This document shows positions 29,117 to 37,982 of a DNA stretch of 64,000 bases, piece by piece. The stretch covers positions 1 through 64,000 of the forward strand of contig CAZELK010000003.1 of NCBI GenBank assembly GCA_964513145.1, read 5' to 3'. Positions within the stretch are counted from its first letter, which is position 1, and every line of letters starts with the position of its first letter. The stretch is from Candidatus Woesearchaeota archaeon (GTDB lineage Archaea; Nanobdellota; Nanobdellia; SCGC-AAA011-G17; JACPIM01). Under the pieces are notes generated by a model. The model searched no databases. It was not told the DNA's origin and saw nothing but the letters and a program-made list of their open reading frames with translations. The position numbers and the translations under genes were made by a program.

Positions 29117-30118
29117 ATGCAGCAAGATAAAGAGCCAGAAAAGATTGTTTTTATAAACAGAGAATCTGGAATTCCTTTAATTGGAACTGTTTTTATAGGG
29201 ATTTTGGACAGGGGAAGTTCCTTATTGCAGGTCAGGGCTACTACTTTATGCAACATGTCGTGTGCTTTTTGTTCGACAGATGCGGGCATTTTTTCCAAGT
29301 TTCATAAGACTCATTTTATTGCAGAACCTAATTACTTGGTTGAAGAACTGAAGAAAGTTTCTGAATATAAGGGTTATAACTTACACTATAATATTGATTC
29401 TGTTGGTGAGCCGACTTCTTATCCATATTTAATTGAATTAATAAAGGGAATTAAAGAAATTCCACAAGTTGTTAAAATTTCAATGCAGACTAATGGTACT
29501 TTACTGACTAGAAAATTAATTGATGATCTTGAAAATGCAGGGTTAAACAGGCTTAATGTTTCTGTTCATTCTTTGGATTTATTAAAAGCAAAACTATTAT
29601 TTGGAAGTGAGAATTATAATATTGAAAAAGTAAAAGAAATGCTAAATTATATTAAAAATACTAAAATCGATTTATGGATTACCCCAGTCTGGATACCTAA
29701 AATTAATGATGATGATATTATTGAGCTGATAAAATTTGCAAAAGAAAATAAGTTTAATATAGCAATACAAAAATATGAAACTTACAAGTTCAGCAGGAAA
29801 ATAAAAAAAGGAAAAAAAATCACTTACTGGAAATTTTACAAACAATTAGAAAATTGGGAGAAAGAGTTTAATATCAAGCTTAAGTTTACAGAAGATGATC
29901 CGACAATTTTACGAAGAAAAGCTTTGCCTATAGTTTTTGATATTAATGAAAAGTTTCAAGTGGTTGTAGTTTCAAAAGGCTGGTTTGAAAATCAAGTTAT
30001 TGCAAAAGCAAGAGACAGATGCATAACTATTTTAGACTGCAATGCTGATATTGGCAATAAAATAAATATCAAAATCATAGAAAATAAAAATAATATCTAT
30101 ATTGCACAGTTAAAGTAG
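29117..30118 (+). CDS. Radical SAM protein with C-terminal TRAM-like domain
   Basis: CNMSCAFCSTD CxxxCxxC, GEPT, MQTNGTLL, C-terminal beta domain. Confidence 0.85.
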   Translation: MQQDKEPEKIVFINRESGIPLIGTVFIGILDRGSSLLQVRATTLCNMSCAFCSTDAGIFSKFHKTHFIAEPNYLVEELKKVSEYKGYNLHYNIDSVGEPTSYPYLIELIKGIKEIPQVVKISMQTNGTLLTRKLIDDLENAGLNRLNVSVHSLDLLKAKLLFGSENYNIEKVKEMLNYIKNTKIDLWITPVWIPKINDDDIIELIKFAKENKFNIAIQKYETYKFSRKIKKGKKITYWKFYKQLENWEKEFNIKLKFTEDDPTILRRKALPIVFDINEKFQVVVVSKGWFENQVIAKARDRCITILDCNADIGNKINIKIIENKNNIYIAQLK

Positions 30119-30158
30119 TTACAAAATCTATATAAAGTTCTTTGTCTATAGATATTTT

Positions 30159-30488
30159 ATGAAGAAATTAGGCGCCTGGACTTTTGTAGCTGGTTTTGTT
30201 ATTTCATTATTGATTGGTTTATTTGTAAATACAATTTCATCTTTGACACTTACTGTTCTTGTTATTTTGGGCCTAATAGTTGGATTTTTAAATATTACAG
30301 AAAGTGAAGTTCATGGATTTTTACTATCTTCAATTGCGTTTTTACTTGTGGCTTCTGCTGCAAATGTAGCTGTATTACCTATTTTTGGATCAACAGTACA
30401 GGCTATGCTAAATAGTTTGGTTTTATTTATTGCTCCAGCAACTCTTGTTGTAGCTATAAGACAGGTATTTTTATTAGCGAGAGACTAA
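30159..30488 (+). CDS. Conserved small membrane protein
   Basis: Four hydrophobic segments, GLIVGFLNITESE, FIAPAT. Confidence 0.7.
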   Translation: MKKLGAWTFVAGFVISLLIGLFVNTISSLTLTVLVILGLIVGFLNITESEVHGFLLSSIAFLLVASAANVAVLPIFGSTVQAMLNSLVLFIAPATLVVAIRQVFLLARD

Positions 30489-31306
30489 AATTTTTTATAA
30501 TTATATAAACATTCTCTTAATGCTTCTTTTACATCAGGGAGTTTTATTTCTTTCATTATTTTATCATTATTTAATATACAATTTGAACGCTTTGCCCTTG
30601 TTATAGCATATAATTCTTCCAATGAGAATAAAGTGTATGAAAAATTTTTATCTACTATTTCCTTATACATATTAAGTATATCCTTATGTTCTAAAACTCC
30701 CGGGAAAGTAACATTATAGACCCCTTTCCTTCTTTTTTCCATTAATAATTTTACAGCATTAAAAAAATCCTGTGTCAATAAAGTGACTGAGTTTTTTTCA
30801 TTTATTACTTTTTTATATGAGATTAATTTATCAATTAAATTTCTTTGATTTGGAACTGAATCTATGGGCATTCGAATTCTTATCTGGAGTATATCTGGAA
30901 ATTCTTTTAAAATTTCTTCACTCCATATTTTTGTACGAGAATAGAAACTACCAAAGAAATTTGGCTGGTCTTCTTCAGAAAAACCTTTTCCATTATTATC
31001 TCCAGAATATATACATCCAGAACCTAAATGAACTAATGGAATTTTTAACTTGCTACATATTGATGTCAAAGTAAAAGGGCCAACAACATTTGATGAATAT
31101 GTTTCTGCCTTATGATCTTCACACCAGTCTATATTTGGTCTACCTGTTTTTCCAGCACAATTTAATACAAATTCTGGTTTTTTATTTATTATTTCTTTTT
31201 CTACTAGTTCTGCTTTCGTTATATCTATATTGGAAATCATGCTATTTTTAAAGAAATTATGAAATTTATTTCCTAACCAACCATTCCCAAAGATTAATAC
31301 TTTCAT
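30485..31306 (-). CDS. NDP-sugar epimerase/reductase (RmlD-like SDR)
   Basis: IFGNGWLG, NCAGKTGRPNIDWCE, GSGCIY, FYSRTK. Confidence 0.85.
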   Translation of the reverse strand: MKVLIFGNGWLGNKFHNFFKNSMISNIDITKAELVEKEIINKKPEFVLNCAGKTGRPNIDWCEDHKAETYSSNVVGPFTLTSICSKLKIPLVHLGSGCIYSGDNNGKGFSEEDQPNFFGSFYSRTKIWSEEILKEFPDILQIRIRMPIDSVPNQRNLIDKLISYKKVINEKNSVTLLTQDFFNAVKLLMEKRRKGVYNVTFPGVLEHKDILNMYKEIVDKNFSYTLFSLEELYAITRAKRSNCILNNDKIMKEIKLPDVKEALRECLYNYKKF

Positions 31307-31382
31307 TTATAGATTCGGTTTTATTTACATATTTAAATTTTTTTACAAACATTTTAAAACACTGTGATGGTGTTTATGATAT

Positions 31383-32306
31383 ATGAATTATGTCGCTATT
31401 TGCTTAAAAGGACTGGAAAAGATTGCTGAAAAAGAAACAAAAGGCAAGACTATTTTACCAGGAAGGGTTCAATTTAATGGCAAAGTTAAAGATTTTAAAA
31501 GCATAAACACAGTTTACAAATTAATTAAAAAATCCGAGTTTTCTAAAAAAGAAGATATTTTGAATGAATTTAAAAAATTAAAAATTAATATTAAGAAAAC
31601 CTTTAAAGTTGACTGCAATAGGGAAGGAAACCACGAATTTAAGTCTGTAGAAATAGAAAAATTAATTGGAGTATATTTACAGAAAAATAATCTTGAATTA
31701 GATTTTAAGAATCCAGATACAACAATATTTATTGATATTTATGACAACATATGCTTAATAGGGATATTAGAAAAAGACAATTTACAAAAAAGAAATTACA
31801 GGGTTAAATTAAATCCAGACACCTTAAATCCATGTTTGGCTTTTGCAGCTTTAACTTTAATTAAATACAAGAAAGGAGACATTTTGGTTGACCCAATTTG
31901 CCGGGACGGCATTATTGTTATTGAAGCAGCTTTAATGAAAAAAGGGAAAGTTTTCGGTCTAGACAAGAACATAAGAAATGCACGAATTAATTCCAAGATT
32001 GCAAAGGTTAATGTTAATTTTTCTCAAAATGAATTTGACTGGCTAGATACACAATTTAAAAAGAATTCTGTCAAAGTTGCTTCTTATTTGCCCAGTGTTT
32101 CAAATAGACATGATGAAAATGAAATCAGGCATATTTACTCAGAATTATTTCATCAGTTTAATTACATTGTAAATGACTATATTGCTTTGATTTTGAAAAA
32201 AACTGATTTAATAAAAAATTATTTAGATAATTTTAAAATTATAGATGAAAAAGCAATTGATATTGGATCTGAGAAATATAATATCTTATTAATTAAGAAA
32301 AATTAA
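31383..32306 (+). CDS. THUMP-domain RNA methyltransferase-like protein with degenerate SAM motif
   Basis: GLEKIAEKE, THUMP region, LQKRNYRV, LNPCLAFA, DPICRDGIIVIEAA. Confidence 0.7.
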   Translation: MNYVAICLKGLEKIAEKETKGKTILPGRVQFNGKVKDFKSINTVYKLIKKSEFSKKEDILNEFKKLKINIKKTFKVDCNREGNHEFKSVEIEKLIGVYLQKNNLELDFKNPDTTIFIDIYDNICLIGILEKDNLQKRNYRVKLNPDTLNPCLAFAALTLIKYKKGDILVDPICRDGIIVIEAALMKKGKVFGLDKNIRNARINSKIAKVNVNFSQNEFDWLDTQFKKNSVKVASYLPSVSNRHDENEIRHIYSELFHQFNYIVNDYIALILKKTDLIKNYLDNFKIIDEKAIDIGSEKYNILLIKKN

Positions 32307-32320
32307 TTCTAAAATAGGCA

Positions 32321-32584
32321 TTAATCTATTTTTAATTTTTTTGAAATTTTATTTATATCTTCTTTTAATTTATTAAATGAATGGATTGTTTTTATTTTAA
32401 ATTCTCCAAACTCTTTGTTTAAATTATATAAAAGTCCGCTTAAAATAGTAAATAATGAAACGCTGATTGTTGTGTCTGTTGCTGAATGTCCAAATAATCT
32501 TGTTAATATGAAATATATTGTTAATAAAAACATAACAATAATAAATATATCAACCAAGCCCATTTTTTTGTTCATTTCAAACAC
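32321..32584 (-). CDS. Small membrane protein with coiled-coil tail
   Basis: Two TM helices then KEFGEFKIKT; start GTG 32584 or ATG 32575. Confidence 0.6.
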   Translation of the reverse strand: MFEMNKKMGLVDIFIIVMFLLTIYFILTRLFGHSATDTTISVSLFTILSGLLYNLNKEFGEFKIKTIHSFNKLKEDINKISKKLKID

Positions 32585-32696
32585 CTTTTAATATAATTAG
32601 TATGAGCAAAATTGTAAAAACTATTATCATAAATCCAATAAAATACTGCCTCCAATTATCTGGCAATTCTGATAATTTCATGATAATGTAACTCAT
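32577..32696 (-). CDS. Possible 39-aa single-TM protein
   Basis: Own translation MSYIIMKLSELPDNWRQYFIGFMIIVFTILLILIILKGV; stop overlaps the next start. Confidence 0.35.
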   Translation of the reverse strand: MSYIIMKLSELPDNWRQYFIGFMIIVFTILLILIILKGV

Positions 32697-32826
32697 TATA
32701 TGTATTTAATATTTTATTTTAACTTGAAAGTAGCCCAGGAATCTTCCGGGTTTTTTGAAAGATTTGCAAAAAGATGCCCATAATATGAAGAAAAATATAT
32801 AAATAAAGCTTAAAGAGTATTAAATA

Positions 32827-34293
32827 ATGAAACCTGAAGATTTGCTAGTAAAAGAGAGAATAGAAAAATTAGAGAAATTAAAAAAATTAGGTGCAGATCC
32901 CTATCCTTCTAAATTTGACAAAAAGAATGACATTATTGATATTGTAAACAAATACTCAAAATTAAAAAATGAAGAACATTCCAAAGATGCGATTAAAACT
33001 GCTGGCAAAGTAATGTCTATCAGAGAAATGGGTAAGGCATCTTTTTTTGATATTAAAGATGAAAAATCAAAAATTCAATGCTTTATTAAAGAAGACGAAG
33101 TCAAGAAAAAATATGAAATTTACAAACTTCTTGATATTGGCGATATTGTCGGGATTGAAGGCAGTATTTTTAGAACCAAGAGGGGAGAATTATCAATATT
33201 AGTAAAAAATATTGTTATTTTATCAAAGTCTTTAAAACCCCTGCCTGACAAATGGCATGGATTAAAAGATGTTGAAGAGAAATTCAGGAAAAGATATTTA
33301 GATCTTCTTATGGATCCAGAATTAAAAGAATTATTTATAAAAAAATCCAAATTCTGGCAGACAATAAGAAACTTTTTATTAAATAAAGGATTTTTAGAAG
33401 TTGAAACCCCTGTTTTAGAAACCTCGACTGGGGGTGCGGCTGCCATGCCGTTTAAGACACATCATAATTCTTTGGATATTGATGTTTACTTAAGAATTTC
33501 AATGGGCGAATTATGGCAAAAAAAATTATTAGTTGGTGGTTTTGAAAAAACTTTTGAGATAGGAAGACAATTCAGAAATGAAGGTGTAGATACAGAACAT
33601 TTACAAGATTATACGCAAATGGAATTTTACTGGGCTTATGCTAATTACAATGATGGAATGGAATTAGTTCAAGAGATGTACAGATTAGTTGCCAAAGAAA
33701 TTTTAGGAACTCTGAAATTTAAGACACATGGCTTTGATATTGATTTAGGAAAAAAATGGGAATTATATGACTATGAAACTTTAATTAAAGATAAAACAGG
33801 AATAAAAATATTTGAAGCTTCTAAAAAAGAAATTCAAAAAAAATTGGATCAATTAAAAATGGAATATGAAAAAAATGCTGCTAAATGGAGGTTGGTTGAT
33901 GTTTTATGGAAATACTGCAGAAAATCATTATCTGGTCCGGGGTTTTTAATAAACCAGCCAGTTGATGTAAGCCCATTAGCGAAAAGAAGCGACAAAGATA
34001 ATAGAAAAGTTGAGCAATTTCAAGTTATACTTGCTGGAACTGAATTAGGAAATGGATATAGTGAATTAAATGATCCGCTTGATCAGGAAAAAAGGTTTAT
34101 AGAACAAAGAAAATTGAAAGAAGCTGGAGATAAGGAAGCTCATGAACATGATGAAAGTTTTGTCGAGGCTTTAAAATATGGGATGCCACCTGCTTGCGGA
34201 TTTGGAGTTTCTGAAAGATTATTTGCTTTTCTAGTTGACAAACCAATCAGGGAATGCGTTATTTTTCCTTTAATGAAACCTGAGAAGAACTAA
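32827..34293 (+). CDS. lysS: Class II lysyl-tRNA synthetase
   Basis: OB fold (GKASF, FRTKRGELS), RYLDL, VETPVL, FEIGRQFRNEG, EFYWAY, ELGNGYSELNDP, YGMPPACGFG. Confidence 0.95.
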   Translation: MKPEDLLVKERIEKLEKLKKLGADPYPSKFDKKNDIIDIVNKYSKLKNEEHSKDAIKTAGKVMSIREMGKASFFDIKDEKSKIQCFIKEDEVKKKYEIYKLLDIGDIVGIEGSIFRTKRGELSILVKNIVILSKSLKPLPDKWHGLKDVEEKFRKRYLDLLMDPELKELFIKKSKFWQTIRNFLLNKGFLEVETPVLETSTGGAAAMPFKTHHNSLDIDVYLRISMGELWQKKLLVGGFEKTFEIGRQFRNEGVDTEHLQDYTQMEFYWAYANYNDGMELVQEMYRLVAKEILGTLKFKTHGFDIDLGKKWELYDYETLIKDKTGIKIFEASKKEIQKKLDQLKMEYEKNAAKWRLVDVLWKYCRKSLSGPGFLINQPVDVSPLAKRSDKDNRKVEQFQVILAGTELGNGYSELNDPLDQEKRFIEQRKLKEAGDKEAHEHDESFVEALKYGMPPACGFGVSERLFAFLVDKPIRECVIFPLMKPEKN

Positions 34294-34735
34294 ACTGTTT
34301 TTTGAGCAATTCTTCTTTTTTTTCTTGAAGGATTTCTACCAATTCTCTTGTTTTTCCTTTTTCTAATGGCAATGTTAATGGTTTTTTTCTTTTTGAAAGA
34401 TCGTCAGAATCTTCAAGAAATTTGACAAATAGCATATCAGTTATTGCATTATCTAAATTTATTCTTTCATTAAATTCTGGCTGAATTCTTAATTTCCTAT
34501 ATACGTCTAAATAATTTTCCTGATTAAAGTAAAAAATGAAATGCTCACTAGAGACAAAACTTTCTAAAAATAAATTATACTCAAGTGGTTTTCTGCAATT
34601 TTCAATTTTTAGGATATTTTTCTGATGCTGAAATTCTGCATAAATATAATCTTTAAGATAAATGCAGCTACCTAATGTTGCTAAAGCAGCAAGTGTTAAT
34701 CCAGCTGCCAAAAAATCTGACAAGCTTCTTGACAT
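34259..34735 (-). CDS. Hypothetical membrane-anchored protein
   Basis: N-terminal hydrophobic segment; no recognised motif. Confidence 0.5.
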   Translation of the reverse strand: MSRSLSDFLAAGLTLAALATLGSCIYLKDYIYAEFQHQKNILKIENCRKPLEYNLFLESFVSSEHFIFYFNQENYLDVYRKLRIQPEFNERINLDNAITDMLFVKFLEDSDDLSKRKKPLTLPLEKGKTRELVEILQEKKEELLKKQFSSSQVSLKEK

Positions 34736-34901
34736 AAACCCTAATTAATTTGCAAGTTTATATTTCTGCCTAAAAACCTTTAAATTCGGGCTTTTTGAGC
34801 CATTTTAAGCAAAAGCTTTATATATTAGTACTTCATTATTCTAAATAAAATAAGGTTTTAAGCCTTATAATGATTAAATACAAAAATATGGAGGGGTTTT
34901 T

Positions 34902-35072
34902 ATGGCAGAACTTTTGGTTGTAAGATCTAAAATAAAGGACTTTGCTAAGAACATGAATGTAGCAGGTGATTTCGCAGAGGCTTTAAGTGCTAAGGTTGAA
35001 GTGTTAGTCAAGGAAGCTTGCAAGAGAGCATCTGAAAACGGAAGAAAAACAGTTCAATCCAGAGATCTTTAA
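34902..35072 (+). CDS. Singlet histone-fold protein (DUF1931-like; missed by ORF track)
   Basis: Own translation, 56 aa: MAELLVVRSKIKDFAKNMNVAGDFAEALSAKVEVLVKEACKRASENGRKTVQSRDL; SD GGAGGGG at 34890. Confidence 0.85.
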   Translation: MAELLVVRSKIKDFAKNMNVAGDFAEALSAKVEVLVKEACKRASENGRKTVQSRDL

Positions 35073-35251
35073 TTTTATTTTTATTTTTTATTAATTTTTA
35101 CAAAATTAATTCTAAAAAATATTTTTTGTAACTTATTTGTTTCTAAATAATTTAATTTTTATAAACTTTATTTTTTCCAGATAAAGATATAAATTTAAAC
35201 ACCAAAAATATTTAGATAAGATAAAAAAGGAGCTGATGTAAAATTTCGAAA

Positions 35252-35635
35252 TTGAAAGGAAATCGAACTGAAAGGGAATTATTTCATATGTTCTGGGACT
35301 CTAATATGTGGGTTTGTATCAGAACTGCTGGTTCTGGAAGCACTACTGTTCCTGCTCCAGATTTATTAGTTGGAAATCAACAAAGAAAATTAGCTATTGA
35401 ATGCAAGTCTGGAAAAGATAAAAGATATTTAACAAAAAAAGAAGTTGAGGAGTTGATTTTCTTCGCTGAAAAATTTGGGGCTGAGGCCTGGATTGGTGTT
35501 AGATTTAATAATGTTGACTGGTTATTTTTAAGACCCGAAGAATTGGGTGTAAGCAAAGGAGATAATTTTTTTGTTTCTGTTGAACTGGCAAAAGAGAGAG
35601 GAATAAGTTTTGAGAATTTAATAAATTTGAATTAA
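35252..35635 (+). CDS. hjc: Holliday junction resolvase Hjc
   Basis: KGNRTEREL, RTAGSGS, PDLL, AIECKS; start codon uncertain (TTG). Confidence 0.9.
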   Translation: MKGNRTERELFHMFWDSNMWVCIRTAGSGSTTVPAPDLLVGNQQRKLAIECKSGKDKRYLTKKEVEELIFFAEKFGAEAWIGVRFNNVDWLFLRPEELGVSKGDNFFVSVELAKERGISFENLINLN

Positions 35636-35636
35636 T

Positions 35637-35672
35637 TTCCGGATTTTGCGCTTTATTTCCGAAATATTTGCG
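35637..35672 (+). repeat. Repeat family C phased array
   Basis: TT(C/G)CG units with CG at 35640, 35649, 35660, 35671. Confidence 0.4.
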
Positions 35673-35718
35673 GAATTTCTTGAACAAAGTTAATTAAACT
35701 TAAATTAATTTTAATTTT

Positions 35719-36384
35719 ATGAAAACCTTATTTATTATATGTATTATTTTTATTTTAGCAGGAAATGTTTTTGCCTATAATAATATAACTTTGCGAATAA
35801 CTGAGTTTTTCCCAAATCCCATAGGAAAAGATAATTTTGGTTTAGAGAATATGGAATTTATTGAGATTTATAATTTTGGGGCTTCTGAAATTTATTTAGA
35901 CGGGTTTAAAATTTATAATAATAAAAACAAAAGCCTGTCTATATCTGAATATTTTAAATCTATCAAGCCAGACCAATATATAGCATTTTACCCAGCAATG
36001 AAATTCTCCCTAAAAAATAATGGCAAAGAAAATTTAATTCTAACTTATAAGGACTTTTTAATTGATGAAGTTGGATATTTGCATTCAAAAGAAGGTTTTT
36101 CATGGGCTTATATAAGCAATAATTGGACATTAACAAAACCTACGCCAGGCAGATCAAACACAAATGAAAATTTAAAAGATCCTAAATTAAATATAAATCA
36201 TATTACAAATAAATCCGAAAAGTTATTAAATATTACAAATTTTAATACTTCCAGAGCAGTATACAAATCTAAAACCCTTAAACAAGGCAAAATAGGATTA
36301 TACTTGTTTTTGTTTACATTAACACTTATCATAATTTCATTTGCAGTAGAAAAATGGAAGATAAACAAATTAAGGCAAGAGTAA
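35719..36384 (+). CDS. Lamin-tail-domain (LTD) surface protein
   Basis: Signal peptide, LRITEFFPNPIG...EFIEIYN, LKNNG, TPGRSN, C-terminal TM. Confidence 0.8.
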   Translation: MKTLFIICIIFILAGNVFAYNNITLRITEFFPNPIGKDNFGLENMEFIEIYNFGASEIYLDGFKIYNNKNKSLSISEYFKSIKPDQYIAFYPAMKFSLKNNGKENLILTYKDFLIDEVGYLHSKEGFSWAYISNNWTLTKPTPGRSNTNENLKDPKLNINHITNKSEKLLNITNFNTSRAVYKSKTLKQGKIGLYLFLFTLTLIIISFAVEKWKINKLRQE

Positions 36385-36767
36385 TAATTGAGGTAGTTGG
36401 AATGCCAATTGATCATGTTAGAGAAACTTTAAACAATCTGATTGAAAAAATAAAAGATGATAAATCATTAGTTTTAGAAAAACAAGAAATATTTGAGCCT
36501 GTTGAATTACCTGAAATGAAACTTTTCAGCACTTTTGTGGAAGCAGATATAAAATTTACAAATATGGAAAAGTTAATTGGTTTTTGTTTTGACTTTACTC
36601 CAAGTTCTGTAGAAGTTTTAGAGCCGTTTAGTTTTATATTTGATGCCAGGTTTTTGAATGGGTTGTTAAATGACATAGTTATGAAACTCCACAGATATAC
36701 CATGTTAATCAGGAATTTAGACGCTGAGTATGCATTATTAAAAAAACAACTTGATACTAATAAATAA
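36354..36767 (+). CDS. Conserved archaeal hypothetical protein (ferredoxin-like fold plus coiled coil)
   Basis: IIEVVGMP, FSTFVEADI, FDFTPSSVEVLEP. Confidence 0.65.
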   Translation: MEDKQIKARVIIEVVGMPIDHVRETLNNLIEKIKDDKSLVLEKQEIFEPVELPEMKLFSTFVEADIKFTNMEKLIGFCFDFTPSSVEVLEPFSFIFDARFLNGLLNDIVMKLHRYTMLIRNLDAEYALLKKQLDTNK

Positions 36768-37982
36768 TTATCTGAATATATCTGAGATTTCTTTTGGTCT
36801 GCTTTTTTGAGCTTTTCTGAAAATTATAACATATAATATTATAAAAATTATTATGACTGCAATTATTAACATATATGACAATCTTTCTTTATTTACTTTT
36901 TTATTTGTAATTGGCTTTATTTCTTTGTCAATTTTTTCATTTTCTTCTTTTACTGTTTCGGAGATATTAGTTGTTTTTTCTATTTCTTCTATAACTTTAT
37001 TTTTCAAGCCAATTATTTTTATAGATAAAGGCAGGTTTACTTCAATTTTTTCATTAAAAATTTTTAAATCACCTTCATAAAGACCAATCTTAGCTTTATT
37101 TATGTATAGATTTAAAGCTATTACTTTTTTATTTTCAAAAAAATCTATTTTTTCAAACCCTAATTTTATCATATCCTTTATATTTCCCTTTATTGATATT
37201 GTGAGATTTGCAAGATTATTTTCATTGTTTTCAAGAAAAATATCTGTTTCTGCATAATTTCCGTAAGGGATTTCTGCTTTAAAATCTTTAATATATTTCT
37301 TTTCGTTGTTATTTTCTATAAAAAATTTGATGTTTTCTTTTTGCCTTATATTTTTTACATAAATTGGCAGAGTAAAAATATTTTTGTTATATATTAAACT
37401 TAAATTAACTTTATTTATGCTTTTATTAATTGCAAAGTAAACATAATCTATTGATTCCTTGTTGATACTTATATTTTTAGTAATCAAATTTGTTGAATTG
37501 CTATTGTCAGTTATTTCCAAGAAAATAAGATTATTGCCTTTGTTTTCCAATTTAATCTTAAAAAAACTTTTTTCATCTATATCAGCAATTATGACTGGGG
37601 GGTTTATTGATATTATATCATAATCTTTTTTTGAAATTAATATCTCTTTTTCAAAATTCTCTTTTTTTAAAATGTTATTTTCTATATATTTTACATTATT
37701 TACAGTTAATTTATACAAACCGTTTTCTATTTCAGGTATATCAAAATAGACGAAGTAATTTTCTTTATCTATATCTTTTAATATTACCCCTATATTTGTA
37801 GGTTCATTTAGATTATTCAAGATTTTTATGTTGCTCAATTCAATTTTATCAACGATATCTGGAAACTTTAATTCTGCTTGAAATGTTTCACCTATAAAAT
37901 ATTCATTTTTGAATGTTGTTATATTACCATTAGCAGAACTTATCAATATTAAAAAGATAAATGTCAGAATGAAATATTTCAT
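36768..37982 (-). CDS. Membrane-anchored surface protein (Ig-like)
   Basis: Signal peptide, beta-rich body, C-terminal TM with basic tail. Confidence 0.65.
   Translation of the reverse strand: MKYFILTFIFLILISSANGNITTFKNEYFIGETFQAELKFPDIVDKIELSNIKILNNLNEPTNIGVILKDIDKENYFVYFDIPEIENGLYKLTVNNVKYIENNILKKENFEKEILISKKDYDIISINPPVIIADIDEKSFFKIKLENKGNNLIFLEITDNSNSTNLITKNISINKESIDYVYFAINKSINKVNLSLIYNKNIFTLPIYVKNIRQKENIKFFIENNNEKKYIKDFKAEIPYGNYAETDIFLENNENNLANLTISIKGNIKDMIKLGFEKIDFFENKKVIALNLYINKAKIGLYEGDLKIFNEKIEVNLPLSIKIIGLKNKVIEEIEKTTNISETVKEENEKIDKEIKPITNKKVNKERLSYMLIIAVIIIFIILYVIIFRKAQKSRPKEISDIFR

Noticed and set aside
32726-32758. Hairpin AGCCC...GGGTT followed by a T-run
   Set aside because: Plausible ordinary terminator or processing hairpin; single copy with no further support
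35228-35254. SD-ATG-TAA upstream of hjc suggesting a 1-nt frameshift
   Set aside because: A TTG start already gives the conserved KG..ERE N-terminus; cannot be separated from chance without reads
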